A DNA stretch of 64,000 bases from Trichoplax sp. H2 (taxonomy: Eukaryota), in the NCBI GenBank assembly GCA_003344405.1, contig NOWV01000268.1:1-64000 (forward strand), in the 5' to 3' direction. Below the pieces are notes generated by a model. It searched no databases. It had not been told where the DNA came from and saw nothing but the letters and a program-made list of their open reading frames with translations. A program made the position numbers and the translations under genes. Of this stretch, positions 35,710 to 49,885 are shown piece by piece. How positions within the stretch are numbered: position 1 is the stretch's first letter; every line of letters begins with the position of its first letter.

Positions 35710-38700
35710 TCATAGAGTATTTAATATTGAATCCTTCTCAAGATTTGATTCTTCTTTCAACATCTTGATTAGAAAATTATTCTCCAGTGTGATCATATCC
35801 TCGGTTAGCGTATTACTATGTATGGTAAATAGTTCGTAGCATTGTACTGACGATGACATTGACGGAAATCCATACCTAGTTAGGCTCCTGAAAAGGTACA
35901 TTATGAAAAGTAAATATTATATTATTATTGGTTACATTCGTCTTATCAAAAAATTACATAAATGTATCGCCGCAAACTGTTCCAAGTGGATAAATGTTTC
36001 CTATTTTGATGATACGTTCCGGCTCTACTACTGAATTCTACGAAAGTCAGAAGAAAGCTTATTGGCTATTCCAAGTTAATTTCGAGTAAAGTTTGACATT
36101 TTAAGATTGTAACCGTTACTAATGAAGTAAGGAAAATACCTGCGAGCGTACTATCGAGAATATTGGAAATAGATTTGTGAATATATATATTTCTTGCTTA
36201 CCGATTTCCCTTCGAACCACATACGATATGTACAAAAAAAATCTTCTTTTCTAACAGCTACGTAATTGCATCCACACTTTAAAGCAAAGATACCAAATTG
36301 CCTTAATTCTTTTACCTAAGTACAATACAATGAGAAGATCTTTATTATCATCATTGACAAACAACAATTTCCTTTTAAGAGCTAATATATCCCAAGATGT
36401 TCATTCTTACAACTGCAAAATTCACATCTCTTGCCGCACATTCCTGAAATTGGATAAATTTACTTAGATTGAAGAAATAACAGTAATGCTGCTGTTTTTT
36501 ATTCTTATTACTCTACTTACACCAGTATCAATATAAGGTGTAATTATTTTTCCGGTTGTACGATTTAGAAAGACAAAGTGCAAAAGTCTAGGACAAGTGT
36601 CATTATAACTGTATAAAATTGTATAAAAATCGTCATGAATTAATCAAGTTTACAAGCATGTATTAATGGTTTAAGAATGCATTATTTACTTACAATCCAA
36701 TTTCATTATTGTAAGATCCTTTAACCAGGACAAAATCTTTATAATCATCTAGTCTCTGCTTAAGTATGCCATAAATTTTTTCTAGGTTGCCAGGAAGTTC
36801 CTCAGAATTAATCTATATGTTAAATAAATTGAATAATAATGTTTAAGCGAGTTCTTGTCATTACAATGCTCCTATTAAAAGTAAAACATTTTAAATTCAT
36901 ATTTATCCTACTAACAGCATTTGCCGGAAAAAGATAACTAAAAATAGCCTTTATCCTGCCTTGTAAGTTATTCAACATCTGTATAGTCCTATAAATAATA
37001 TATTATGATTGCTAGACGTTTTTCAACAATTATAACTATGAAAAATAATATTAATAAAAATTCATATTGTATAGTTTTTATTGAAACGTAATTATTTGTC
37101 ATAATACTTTTCAGATGGATTATTTTGCAAGCTACCAGAGCTTATGGGTTCTAAATCCTCTCTCCGCAATTTAGTCCATAATGATATCAACTTATTGACA
37201 CGATTGTCAAGATTCTAAAATTACAAAGAGAATCAATGTAAATTGTATGCTATGCATCTTATGATGGCGTTAGCTTAAGATACAGCATATTTACCTTCTT
37301 TTTAAGTAGACTTGCAAGTGTTCTTTACAGTATCATCAGTTATAGTATTATTTAAAGATAAAATAAAGGTCATACAATTTTACATTACTGCAACATTGCC
37401 TTTCAAAAATAATATATACAACGAAAGCAATACTTTACTTTATTTCGCTTTCAAACATGGCTATCTTAGTTCTCATATCTTTCTTAATCACTGCATCTTC
37501 TCTCATAATTGCACTCAATTTAGTAGCACAATCACATAGGGATTTTGCTACTTTTTCATTTTCGACCTAAGAAAAGAATTCTATTATCTAATATGGCTAT
37601 TACTAGATCATATTTTGCCCCAAAAATATACCTTTAAAACAAATACGAAAATCATTCCTGAATATATCTTAATTCCGTGTATTATGAAAGGAATGAACCC
37701 AAAGTTTCCAAACGGTAAAAAGATGAGGCGTCGAAAGCAATTCTACAGATTAGTGCAATTATTTAGATATGGCGGTTTATTGAAGTCACGGGTGCATATG
37801 TATAGTAAGCCTGTATAAAGTGCTAGTTCGCTACAAGTAACATGGACAGAAGGACTTTGTGTACTTACGATCTTGTGTTCTTCAGTACCAGAGTCTAAAC
37901 ACAGTTATGAAAAACATAGATAAGTTATCTGAAAATATGAGTGATGCCTAACTGTTAGCTATTAAGAATAAGAATAACTATGAACTAAAATCACATATTT
38001 GCATCGTGTAGGCTTACCTCTTACTACAGATTGACTGACATCAGTTAGTAAGAAATAAGATAAACCTATAATTAATAGGAGATCGCCACACTCTAATTCC
38101 AGAGCATTCTCACTATTATAAATTTATCGATAATTATAATCTAGGCTTAGTAAAAGTTTTAAAGATGTACACATCAGCTACAGAGAAAATTATTAACGAA
38201 TTTTAATGCTTGGTAGCGAAATACGGTATTCACCTAGAATAGGTTGAAATTATTTTATGGTTCTGTAAAAGCATGGCGTGTTGAATTTTTTCTCCGCTAG
38301 ATCTAATGTTAATAGCGTTATATCAGGTTATTGACATTAAAGGAATAGCGAAGCCATTTGCTCTAACTTAGAGCTTGGAAAGTAAGTGCTAAACAATTTT
38401 GCGTACTTTACATGACAGTTTCTAGCTTCTTTAATTGCTGAAATACAAATTTGACTCAAGGAAGAATCCAATCTCACTCGTTCAATCGCCTATGCAATTA
38501 CATTACAGTTTCACAAGTAGAAATAACAAATATATAGTTGGTAGTGCTTTGACTTTAATCCTAGGCACCTCAAATAGATAACGATATTGCACTGTCATAC
38601 CTCAAACAAGAAAGCCTGTTCATTATTACAAAGATGAAACCAAAATTTGATTAAACTATCGAAGTACTGCCATTGATTCTGCCGTTCGTTACCTTGTAGG

Positions 38701-40614
38701 TTAGCAAACCTACAGCAAAAATTCCATGATTAGTTATAACTCTTCGAATACACCGAAAAATGTCTATTTGACTACAGGTGTAGGTATTAGATTAAGGGAG
38801 ATAGGAGTCTAATAAAGGTGGAATTGATTAATATTGCCTGCTCAACACTATCATACGGATACAATGTAAAATGGCAGTTGGATCGTTCTTCGAGATGGCT
38901 ACACAATGACACTATGACACAGTAAGAATTCTTGCAATTTTCTTACTCGACGCGACGTAACCATTACAGTTAATTATGATAGAAGCTTCAAACAATATTT
39001 ACTTCGATAGGCTTAGCCCGTAATGCAGCCTTATCAACTGATGGCAGATGCGGATTTTGCGCAGAATTGTGTCTTCTTGAACAGTTTCATCACCGTCAAT
39101 ACCAACATAAAACCAAGCATCAAGCTATCATATACAAAATTGAATTCATCAATTTCTTTCTATTTTTCATGGCAATTCGAAAGCAATAGTAGTTATAGCA
39201 ACAGAATTATATGATTAGAGTCCGCTAAATAACCTTATACATTTACATATTTTACATATGCTATCTATATTTATAAAATGAGAATAAGCCATCAGTAACT
39301 TCATACCTTCTGGTAGACTATGGTAACACCGTCATCTGTCTTGCTATATTGTAAGGGATTATTCAAGCCAAAACTTAGACAATCCTAGTATAAGATATTT
39401 ACAAGACCATTAATTTGACGTTATTACAATTATGAATATAATCTAATAAGTATTTATTCTTACGATGAATAGGTTTCGTTATTACATTAATTGCTATGTT
39501 TAAGTTGACTACTTACGAACGCCAGTTTTTGTGGTTGTAGCCAATTTAGTAACGCGTAGTCTCTTAAGTCAGCTTCAATATCTCCATTGACCGTGCTAAA
39601 ATTGACAGACCATAATGACAACATATGATATGAGTCAAATTTGTTGATTAATTGCGTATCTAAGATTTACATTAACGAATAGTCAGAAGAAGAATTATTT
39701 TATAAATCTATCAAAAATGAAATAATGGATCTAAAACTGAACAATTCGATCATTTCTATGATATTGGATAAACTTCAAGGGTGATAAAATGAAAGGTTTC
39801 AATTTTATCAGCAGGATGTAGGAAATATAAGGCATATTCAGTTTTTAGTACAGGTTGATATACTGTAGTTAGTTTCTTTTACAAACTCACTCAAAAATTT
39901 TTATATAGTAAGATATTTTGACAACGTACTTTACTGTACTGTATTAAAATAATCTACACTTATCAATATGACATTTCATATTTTAGAAGATTAAAGTTAT
40001 TACTCGATGTAAACAATAATTGACTAGCTACTTTAGCGAATGTCTTTCGTAACATTGATAAGCTAACTTGGCTTGCCAAATCTGACAAGTCAATGAATGA
40101 AGTTATTCACTCATAGAGGTACATAGTAGTTAGTCAATTGGGAACGAATGACGACTGGATTGATCAGATTCGTATAGAGGATAAGTAGGGGATCCATGAT
40201 TCAAAGCAATTAAAAGTTAATTTTATGATTAACTGCATCGCTTTCGAGCAGTAATGAACATCAATGTTTATTTTTCGGGGATTAACATATAGTACTTTTA
40301 TTTGTTTATAATTTATTTGCTAGCTAGAACCATATTGTTCAATACTGTTCTATCAATAAATAATAAATCACTGTAGATAAAGTATGGGTAACTCTATGTT
40401 TCATTTAATAATTGAAGAGATTTATCAATGTAGTGGACAAGTGTACATGTAGACAATTTTAAAATGTACAGTACCATTCATACAGTGAGATGAAATTAAC
40501 TTACTTGTGTAACCCTTTCTCTATAGTTTTTTCCTTTAATCTATCCGTTAACTCAGTATCAGCTGACCAGAAAATAATTTCCGATGCATCACTCATAATA
40601 ATGATACCCTTCAT
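35710..40614 (-). CDS. HPS1: Hermansky-Pudlak syndrome 1 protein (BLOC-3 subunit), multi-exon
   Basis: First exon 40614-40505 gives MKGIIIMSDASEIIFWSAD. Internal exons give FYVGIDGDETVQEDTILRKI, AIERV, HAMLLQNHKIISTYS, RLDDYKDFVLVKG, PRLLHFVFLNRTTGKIITP, EDFFCTYRMWFE and PLGTVCGDTF; the last exon gives VQCYELFTIH. All match recalled HPS1 motifs in order. Confidence 0.9.
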
Positions 40615-41389
40615 AGTGATGAATTATAATTGTTGCGTTGAATATCACTTCTCAAATGATACTATTCACGAGTAAAGTAGCCGAAGGATGGAAGAATTAT
40701 ACCAAGATAATTAATTCAATAATTTATTATCATCGACCTAGAATACAAATGGAGAGCAAGATTAAAATCGATCCGTGGTACTCATTAGATATAAAAAAGA
40801 TTCATTTTCACCGTCTATTTCTGACTATTTGGTGTAGAATATATAGACATTAATTTAGCCTAAGATAAGCTTTCAAAATTGAACCATCACTCTCCCATAT
40901 TACTGTACAATGTGATTTCAGCAATACAAGTCGATTGCCGGCCTAGCTATCCCTGATATACCATGACTACGTCATCTATAGGCTAGGTTAAATAGCTAGG
41001 AAATGATCACTATTCTAATTCTAAGTCAATTGATCACTACCTACTTGTTATAGCTTCTTGAATGGATAAAATATTAATGTTGATGATGGCATGACCATCT
41101 ATCAGTTGAGTAGATGTTGTCAAAGATAGTTTTCGTTTTGCGGTTGGCAAGTGAATAGTTTCGATTTTCGAATTCAATTTTAGAAACTTTATGGTCTAAT
41201 CTGACTGTAATTAGACTTAAAGGACGCCCAAAATCATGATATTAATGATTATCAATCCAAAATTGATTAGTCACCTATTTAAAAATGATTTCTAGCCGAT
41301 TCTTTTGCTATCATCAGCTTTGAGGATAAAAATTTCGATGGCGATCGAGGATCTTCTTCGACAGTGTTTACCCTTTAATAGCTGTTCGA

Positions 41390-41540
41390 ATACAGTGTAC
41401 AGTATGTACTGAAGTGTGCTGTACTGTACACTGTACAGTACACTGTACAGTACACTGTACTGTACTGTACTGTACTGTACCGTCATAAGGATTATTACAG
41501 TACGTACTACTGTAGCAACACTGTACTCTGCACTCTGTAC
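41390..41540. repeat. TACAGTA/TACTGTA low-complexity cluster upstream of HPS1
   Basis: Runs of TACTG/TACAG/ACACTGT about 0.8-0.9 kb upstream of the HPS1 ATG. Confidence 0.85.
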
Positions 41541-41699
41541 TTTTACCTTCATAGATAAAATTTTAACTGCTGTTCGCAATAATCTTTACACCTGCAAGCT
41601 CAGTACTGAATGAGTTACTCTACTGAACGTAGAGGACCGGCTATCAAGCCATGACGTCATAGCATCGCCAAATAGATCCAGCTCAGATATCAACATAAA

Positions 41700-43440
41700 C
41701 AAATGCGTTTCTACATAACTTATAAATCAGGATCAGGTGCTTTACTCCTGCCTGCGATGGAGCTTTCTTATTAAAACAGTAAATGATCGAGTTCAGCATT
41801 AACGAATGCGTTGCTGCATAGAGAGCTTACAAATTAGATCAGCTGTTTACTGCCTACTATGGACTCTTATTAACCTATCTTATTAACTTATAAATCAGGA
41901 TTAGGTGCTTTACTCCTGCCGGCGATGGAGCTTTCTTATTAAAAACAGTAAAATGATCGAGTTCAGCATTAACGAATTCGTTGCTGCATAGAGAGCTTAC
42001 GAATGAGATCAGCTGTTTACTACCTACTACGGACTCTTATTAACCTATCTTATTAACTTATAAATCAGGATCAGGTGTTTTACTACTATCTGCTATGGAG
42101 CTTTCTTATTAAAACAGTAAAACGATCGAGTTCAGCACTAACGAATGCGTTGCTGCATGGAGAGCTTACAAATGAGATCAGGTAGTTGACTGCCTAGAAC
42201 GGATTCTTATTAACCTATCTTATTAACTTATAAATCAGGATCAGGTGTTTTACTACTGTCTGCTATGGAACTTTCTTATTAAAACAGTAAAACGATCGAG
42301 TTCAGCATTAACAAATGCCTTGCTGCGAAGATAGCTCACAAATTAGGTCAGCTGTTTACTACCTACTATGGACTCTTATTAACCTATTTTATTAACTTAT
42401 AAATCAGGATCAGGTGTTTTACTACTGTCTGCTATGGAACTTTCTTATTAAAACAGTAAAATGATCGAGTTCAGCATTAACAAATGCTTTGCTGCATACA
42501 GAGCTTACAAAATAGATCAGCTGTTTACTACCTACTATGGACTCTTATTAACCTATTTTATTAACTTATAAATCTGGATCAGGTGTTTTACTACTGTCGA
42601 CTATGGAGCCTTCTGACTAAAGCAGTTAAACGATCGAATTCAGTATTAACAAATACATTGCTGCATATGAGAGAGCTTACAAATGAGATCAGGTGGTTTA
42701 CTGCCTAATATAGACACTTATATATAAACAGTATAATGACAGTAGCGCATGACAATCAGGCGTTTTCTAATGCGTTTAACATTACAAGATAAATGCGCTA
42801 CTTCATAGTAGAGCGTTTAAATTGGGGATCAGGTGTTCTACTGCCATCAGCGCCATGCATGGAGCCTTATTTACAGTAGTAAAACATGGTAATCAAATAT
42901 TTTCGAATTCATTTGATATTGGTAGAAGACGAGTATAAAAAAATGCGTTGCTTCATAATAGAGGGATCAGGTAGTTTACTGTCTACCATGCAGCCTTATT
43001 AACACGGTAAAACGATCGAGTTCAGCATAAACAAATGCGTTACTACATTGAGAGCTTATAAATTAGAGATCAGGTATTTTACTGTCCAGTATAGAGCCTT
43101 ATTAATACGCTAGTAAGGCATAGTAATTTGATGTTTCTAACTCGTTTAAAGAATAGTAGACGACGAGTATAAACAAATACGTTACTTCGTCGTAACGCTT
43201 GTAAATTAGCGACTAGGTGTTTTACTGCCTAGTATGGAGCCTTATTAATACAGCAGTAGAACACAGTAACTAAGTGTTTTCTAATTCGTTTAACATTAGT
43301 AGGACACGAATATGAACGAGTGCGTTGCTGTGTAGTAGAGCTTATAAATTAGGGATTAGGTGTTTTACTACCTAGTATGGAAACTAATTTTACGGCACTA
43401 GGGCACAGTAATCAGCTCTTTCTAATTCGTTCGAGATTAC
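41700..43440. repeat. ~169-bp satellite (6 well-conserved units), decaying into related monomers
   Basis: AACTTATAAATC anchor at 41717, 41885, 42055, 42225, 42394 and 42563. Diverged copies with GGTGTTTTACT..ATGGAGCCTTATT continue to ~43440. Confidence 0.92.
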
Positions 43441-44701
43441 TGTATAGAAGATAAGTTATGACTGATGATTTCCGCCACGACCCTAAATAAGATTGAATTC
43501 TGGATGAACTTCTTACCCTATCGCGCTTTCCTCTATACTACTTTGACTGGATGTTGAAGTAAACCTGATTAGCAGCAGTATCTATTTTGCGCTAGTGTGT
43601 TTACTGTTATTCAAAAAGTTGATCAAATCATCCTGGAGTTGGCTATGAACGTTTCGAATAATCCACCGGAATGCGGGTAAACTTAGGTTTCTCAGTCAAA
43701 ATAAATTGTTCTTCTTGATCGAGGCTAACTAGTTAGTAGTAACTTAGCACATCGTACTGTAGTACTAATTTCATTATCCAGCCCTTTACTCACTTGGATT
43801 ATGCTTATTTTGTACTCTTGTACGTACTCTGGAGACCATATTGGTTATTCGTTCCTAATGACAACCCGATTGCTCAGTCTACGTTCAATACAAGCGGTTA
43901 CCAGTATAGAAATATTACTTTTATAATTAAACAAATCCCTCATTGCATGTAATATTGAGCTTTATTTATTAAATGGAATCAACCTGTCAAATGTGTCTCA
44001 TAGTTAGATGATATCACTAATGTGTAACTTTCCGGACGCGCTGTACATAGCATCGGGCTTGGTATGTTGTATTTTACTCTATATCGCATGCCAGTAAGCT
44101 ACCATAAAAGCCTTCAACTTAAAGTGCCCGTTACTACTCTTGCCAATAGTAAAATTATCAGCATACCTACGTAAGCTCAGTTACTCGACAGACTAGTGTT
44201 ATCTTGTATTCCGATAAATGTATAATGTAGATCATTAGAATAAATTTGTTGAGCGTTCGCATCTATAAAGTAAAACGTAGAAATGAATTTCAAGCAGAGA
44301 CTATAAAAACAAGGTTTGCATTGACTGGCAAAGTTTTTATTATTGAAACTTATTTCTTACATATAATGCGCTCATAAAGCACGTAGAAATGTATTTCCAT
44401 AGCTAGTTTTAAAGCGTACTGGAGCCTTTCATGCTTCCTATCTGTCAACTACCTAATTAAATAAACTATAGGATAGTATGTACATGGATTTCCAGGAATA
44501 TACTACAGAGGTATACTTCTAGAAGTCCATGGTATGAATACGGTAGGATCGAACCGGCTGCATAACAATTGTGGTCAATTAACCTAAATTTGATGTCATA
44601 CTGAAATATGCCAATCAATCATTTAAAGTGATAGTGTCTGACATGCATTATCATATGATAGAAAATACCATTGATCGTATTTCCTATAATATTCATTCAA
44701 G

Positions 44702-47700
44702 TTAATATTCCATGGCTACATATTTTGCGATCGTATTTAGCTGAATATTGGATGAACCTTCATAAATGACACCTAAAACAGGCCAGGAGAATTATTCATA
44801 TTATGACAAGACTTTAAATATCTGATGAATGAATGCTCAATCTACTTTGAATATGCCTATCTTGACTATCTGAGATTGTAAAGTCGTACTGCTTTGCAGT
44901 ATCTGCGCATACATGTACTATAATATTTGGTGTACTTACCGATTTTTGCATCTCTGTAAAACTTCTCAACAGGGAAATCCTTTGTAAATCCTACACCGCC
45001 AAGCCATTCTAAAGCTTTTGATGATACCTTTTGAGCCATCTTGATAATAAACAAAATTATAAAGTTATAAGTTTGTACTCAAACAATGACAATGAGTCTG
45101 ATATAATTTCTCTTTGTAAATCCTTAAACCTCGGAAGCAAAATATTTAGCCATAGCACCCTCCTTGACTACAGGTTTGCCAGCTACTTTCAATCTAGCTG
45201 CGTCATAAGTTATTGCTCGAGCTGCTGCAACCATAGTAGACATTTCTGCAATTTGATGTTGTACACCCTACATAGATAAAACACGTGTAAGCACATTAGT
45301 GCAAGGTTTGCACATTTATATGGAATATATTTTCAATACAATGATAGCAGTTTCAAGTGCTAACCTGGAAATCAAAAATTCGTTGGTTAAATTGCTTTCT
45401 TTCCATTGTATAGGGTATAGCGGCATCTAGGGCTCCTTGAGCTAAACCAACCATCTAATAAATCAACAGAATTTGATGTAATTAAATTGCATCACTATCT
45501 TCGCACATTTAAAATCGAAACAATATTTGACGTGTCTACTATTTATATTTACTTGGGAAGCAATGCTAATTCTGCCTTCATTTAATATTCCAATGGCAAT
45601 TTTATATCCTTCGCCAAATTTTCCCATAATATTACTTTCTGGAACCTATTACATACGTGCAGGCACAAAAATTTATAAATATTATTACCTATAAATTAAA
45701 ATTGTTTTAGACATAATATTGAGGCGCATTGGAAATAAACGTGATCCAGCATCCTACCCTAACATTCTCCAGTATTACGGGACAAGTCGATGAAGCCCTT
45801 ATTCCAAGCTATTTTAATAGAAGCAGTCAAAGTTAAAAAGTGTTACGCTTGGGCACTACTTGATATGCAAGGCTATCACGGTTATAGATAATAATGGAAG
45901 GAAAGGAAATACTCAACCTTATCTTCTTTCTTTCCAAGTGAAAGGCCGGGCATGTTTCGTTCGACGATGAAGCAAGTTATGCCTTTATAGCCCTGTGACA
46001 AGATAAAATTAGGGAATAGATATCAGTTGTTATTGTAGAAGTAAAGTATTAATACTTTAAAACTTATACCTTTTCTGGAGAGGCGTTAGCAAATACTAAG
46101 AATATGTCCGCATGTTCGGAATTACTAATCCATGCTTTGGTTCCGTTTAGAACGAAATGATCGCCATCAGCAACAGCCCTAGTTTGCAATGCAAAGGCAT
46201 CGCTACCGCTTCCAAACTCTGATAGACAAAAGCAGCCTACCTAACATACCGAACAGTAAGAGCGTGGTGTATAACAGTTATCTCGGATATCATTTCTGTG
46301 GTAGTACTTATGGGTGTTTAAAATAGTAGCATGTAATCTTTTAGTCCTATAATTAAGAAATAGGCCATGTATGCTACTTACTGATTTGGTGGCTAACTGT
46401 GATAAATATTTTTCATTCTGCTCCTTGTTTCCGTATTGCATAAATATTGTTTCTACAAGTGTATTTTGAACGTCTACCATTACAGCAACAGCGGGATCAA
46501 CTCTAGCGATTTCCTCAATCGCCAAGCAGCTACCGAAGAAGGATGATCCAGTCCCTCCAAATTCACTACTTACTTCAACACCCATAAACTAATTTGAAAT
46601 ATCAGTGATAAAGTATCAAATGTAATTTATAACTAGTTTAATAAACAAAAAAGTATCATTTCATATATATATATATATGGGCTACCAGGCGATTACTGCA
46701 AAATAAAGTGTTATTTCATTACGCCTTATTTCATTAGTGATTTGTTCAATTTTTTGGTCTATAATTATCGTTGTAAAGTATGTAAGCGTATCCTATTCAA
46801 CTCAAGCGCATCAAAATAAATAGTTGATTTGATTAAAAATAATAGTTTTATCTCTTGTTCAATACCCCTTGATCAAATAAGCCCTTGATGATGTCTTTAT
46901 CCAGGTGTGAATTTCGGTCCATTTCTGCTACTCTTGGAGCAATTTTTTCTCGAGAAAACCGTTGCACTATGTAAAATGGGAGGAAAATGATAGTCAAAAA
47001 TTATTACTATGCCATAAGATAGGAATTGAAAGTTTTAGTATAGTATCCTAATTGAGAAAAATTTACAGTTAAATGCAAGCAATAGAGCAAGAAATAGAAT
47101 TATACATACTTCATTCTATGAATAATAATTATTTCATGACTGTGAGGTTGGTAATAATACTATATCTTTGATTGAGCTTCCATGATTCAATCATTCTCCT
47201 ATATTATTAATATACTGCATTGTCACTTGCTGTCGAACCATAGTAGAAGATTCTATGTACAGTAGATGGATCACTCCATCACTCTATGTATGTCCATCAA
47301 TCTAGGCATGTTTAACGTTAGCGAGATTAACTAACTTCAATAGCTTGATGTTAATATAGGGGATCCTATATTAGTAGAGATATCTTATCTATTACAATGA
47401 TTATAATAGTGTTGTCGGCTAAAAGTATATAACAATGTCATCAGTGGTTATCTATGCCGTATTTGGAAGATAGACGATAATATAAAGCACTATGGTGTTA
47501 GTAGAAGCTCCTACTGTATTAATTAGGAAGTTATAGTAACTTTTAAGATGGCGGATGATGTTTGCAAGTTGTATATAAAGCGAGGTCTTTCTGCTATAAC
47601 AGCTAATAAATCTCAAGGCCAAACATTAGATATGGTTGGACTGTATCTTAATAGATCAATGTTTACTCATGGCCAATTATATGTAGCACTTAGTCGCTCA

Positions 47701-48564
47701 CGCAGTGCCATTAATATCAAAATTCTAACCAAAACGCACATTTATCCGATGGTAACATGCAATTTACTGATAATATAGTATATCCTGAAATGCTGTAAAT
47801 AAATGCACTTATTAACACAGTATTATCCTTTGCTTATAATGTCTACATAGTTGAATTGAGATGATTTTATTGTAAATTGTCAACACAACGAAATTCTATC
47901 CATTGTCAATGCAAATTTGAATTAAAGCAGATTATTTTCATGATACCTTTAGTTTTGCGCATGATTTAAATCATTTAACAGTACTATATACAGCATAATA
48001 CATGCAAATTATAACGTCAAAAATCCAAGAATAGTAGCTGTTTAATACAACATTGCCATATTTTATTATACTTCCTTCCCTCCGTTCACATGAACGGGTA
48101 TTTTTTACTAGTAAATTGTAATAAAGCTATTACTGTCCACTGGCGTTTTCTTTGGATTTGAATTTTATTACATTTTGCGCTGTCAATTTATAGTAGAAGA
48201 TTTTATGCACGAGTACAGTAGATGAATGACTCCATCACTCTAATGTATGCCAGTCAATCTAGGCATGACAACAAAGTAAGGCCTACCCTTCCATGCTTGG
48301 CTACATATCAACACAACAACGGGTTTATTTCACATGATTTCCATAGCGAATGAAAAGTATAAAGTACAATCAGATAGGACAGCGTAGGGCATTCTACATT
48401 CCCTTACCAGCATCTTTTAACATTTCCTCTTCTTCGCTGAGTTGGGTGGAAGCTGCACGAGCAGCCAAATTGCGACTCGATTGCATTCGACATATTGCCA
48501 ACTTCCTGACTGATGAGACATCAGCAGATAACAATCGACCAGCTCGTGAGAATTTAGCAAGCAT
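44702..48564 (-). CDS. ACADSB: Short/branched-chain acyl-CoA dehydrogenase, mitochondrial, multi-exon
   Basis: Exon 1 (48564-48408) encodes an Arg/Ser-rich transit peptide plus [11 protein letters not shown]. Later exons give [31 protein letters not shown] and [21 protein letters not shown]; the last exon gives [16 protein letters not shown]. Confidence 0.93.
47364..48111 (+). mobile_element. Internally deleted Helitron in ACADSB intron 1 (antisense to the host gene)
   Basis: PIF1-type helicase C-terminal motifs [29 protein letters not shown] (~47595-47700), then a frameshifted terminal NIVYPEML* (stop 47796-47798). The 3' hairpin CCGTTCACATGAACGG (48082-48097) is followed by CTAG|T (48108-48111). 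The 5' TC is tentatively at 47364 or 47388. Confidence 0.85.
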
Positions 48565-49885
48565 CCTTTAGTAGTGGATAGTTCAAAGAAGAAAGTGGCA
48601 ATTCCAATATCTTGACGATTTGGGTAGAACGTCAGCTATTAATACTAGCTCGCTGTTGGCAGAATTGGATTGGACAAGCTCTTTCCGATTTCCCTTCGAT
48701 ACAATATTATGTACTACTATACTGTACAGTGTACTTGTTCCCCCATGACCCCTCCGTATGGCATGTTACGCCATACTAGTACTACGGTCACGAGTGGTGC
48801 ACACCATGACCAGGTCAAGCGTTGCGCTATGCTAAAATCATATAGCAAACAGTCTTATTATCCAGTCAGTACGGTGCAGTAGAGTACCATGAGTGCAAAA
48901 TGCCTTTCACCGGGTTCAAAGGGCAATCAGCCCGATAGTTTTGACTATTCACCATAGGGATTTTTTCCTCTATGTTTTGACCGGTTTTGACAGTGGGTTG
49001 GGCCGAGGGTGGACTTGCCGTGTCCATTATTTACAGTACTGTAATGCTATTATGTACAGTACACTGTACACTGTACACTGTACACTGTACAAGTAGTAAA
49101 ATTGACGAACTTCACCTTACTGACTGTGAGACTGTAGTCAAGCCCAGCCATATCAACATCTTAGAATACAAAATACTCAGTGTAAGTTGCTGAAACCATG
49201 ATGCATCACTTTAAGTTGAAGAATGGTATCCAATTTGAATTATAGCCTGGAACTAAGAGCGATGCATCGTCGTTTAAGCGACTTACACTAATTATAATTA
49301 CTTAAGATATCGATGTTGATATAGCTGGGCCAGAAACAGTGAAACGGTAACTTCTTGTACAGCACAGTGTACAGTGCACAGTACAGTATACATTACAGTA
49401 TACTGTACTGTAGTGATCAAAGATCCAATTGCTATTCAATATTGATATGCACAGTATGAGTAGCGAGGTGCTTCTTCTGCATCATTGAGTTGAAAGACGG
49501 GACCGGACAGAAACCGGACCTGCTCAGGTGAACAGTGCAAGTAGTGAGGTGCTTCTTCTGCATGCTATAGTACTTTTACTCTAGATCTAAAGGTACTGAC
49601 ATAGTATGACTGGCTAGGTGCTTCCTCCGCACCCTATAGTACTTCTACAGTATGAGTATCGAATTAGTCAATAGGTTAAGGTGAAAAATCTCTCCTGTTC
49701 AATATTCCTATAAACAGTATCAGCAACGAAGTGCCTCTTCCGCATGCATACTGCTGTACTTGTAGGAGCCGGGTGCACCAATGCCGTCGTCCGGGATACA
49801 AAACGTCCTTCTGTCACAACTAGTCAATTATACTGTATATATATAATTATCCAAGCTTGCAGTCAATTAAATCTACTCATCAATC
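48565..49885. promoter_or_regulatory. Divergent (head-to-head) intergenic region of ACADSB and WDR34
   Basis: The start codons point away from each other 1.3 kb apart. The region contains TACAGTA clusters and about 4 short AGTAGCGAGGTGCTTCTTCTGCAT-like repeats (49455-49750). Confidence 0.6.

Noticed and set aside
47548..47778. Cellular PIF1 helicase gene
   Set aside because: Only the last motifs are present, frameshifted, inside an intron and followed by a Helitron 3' end.
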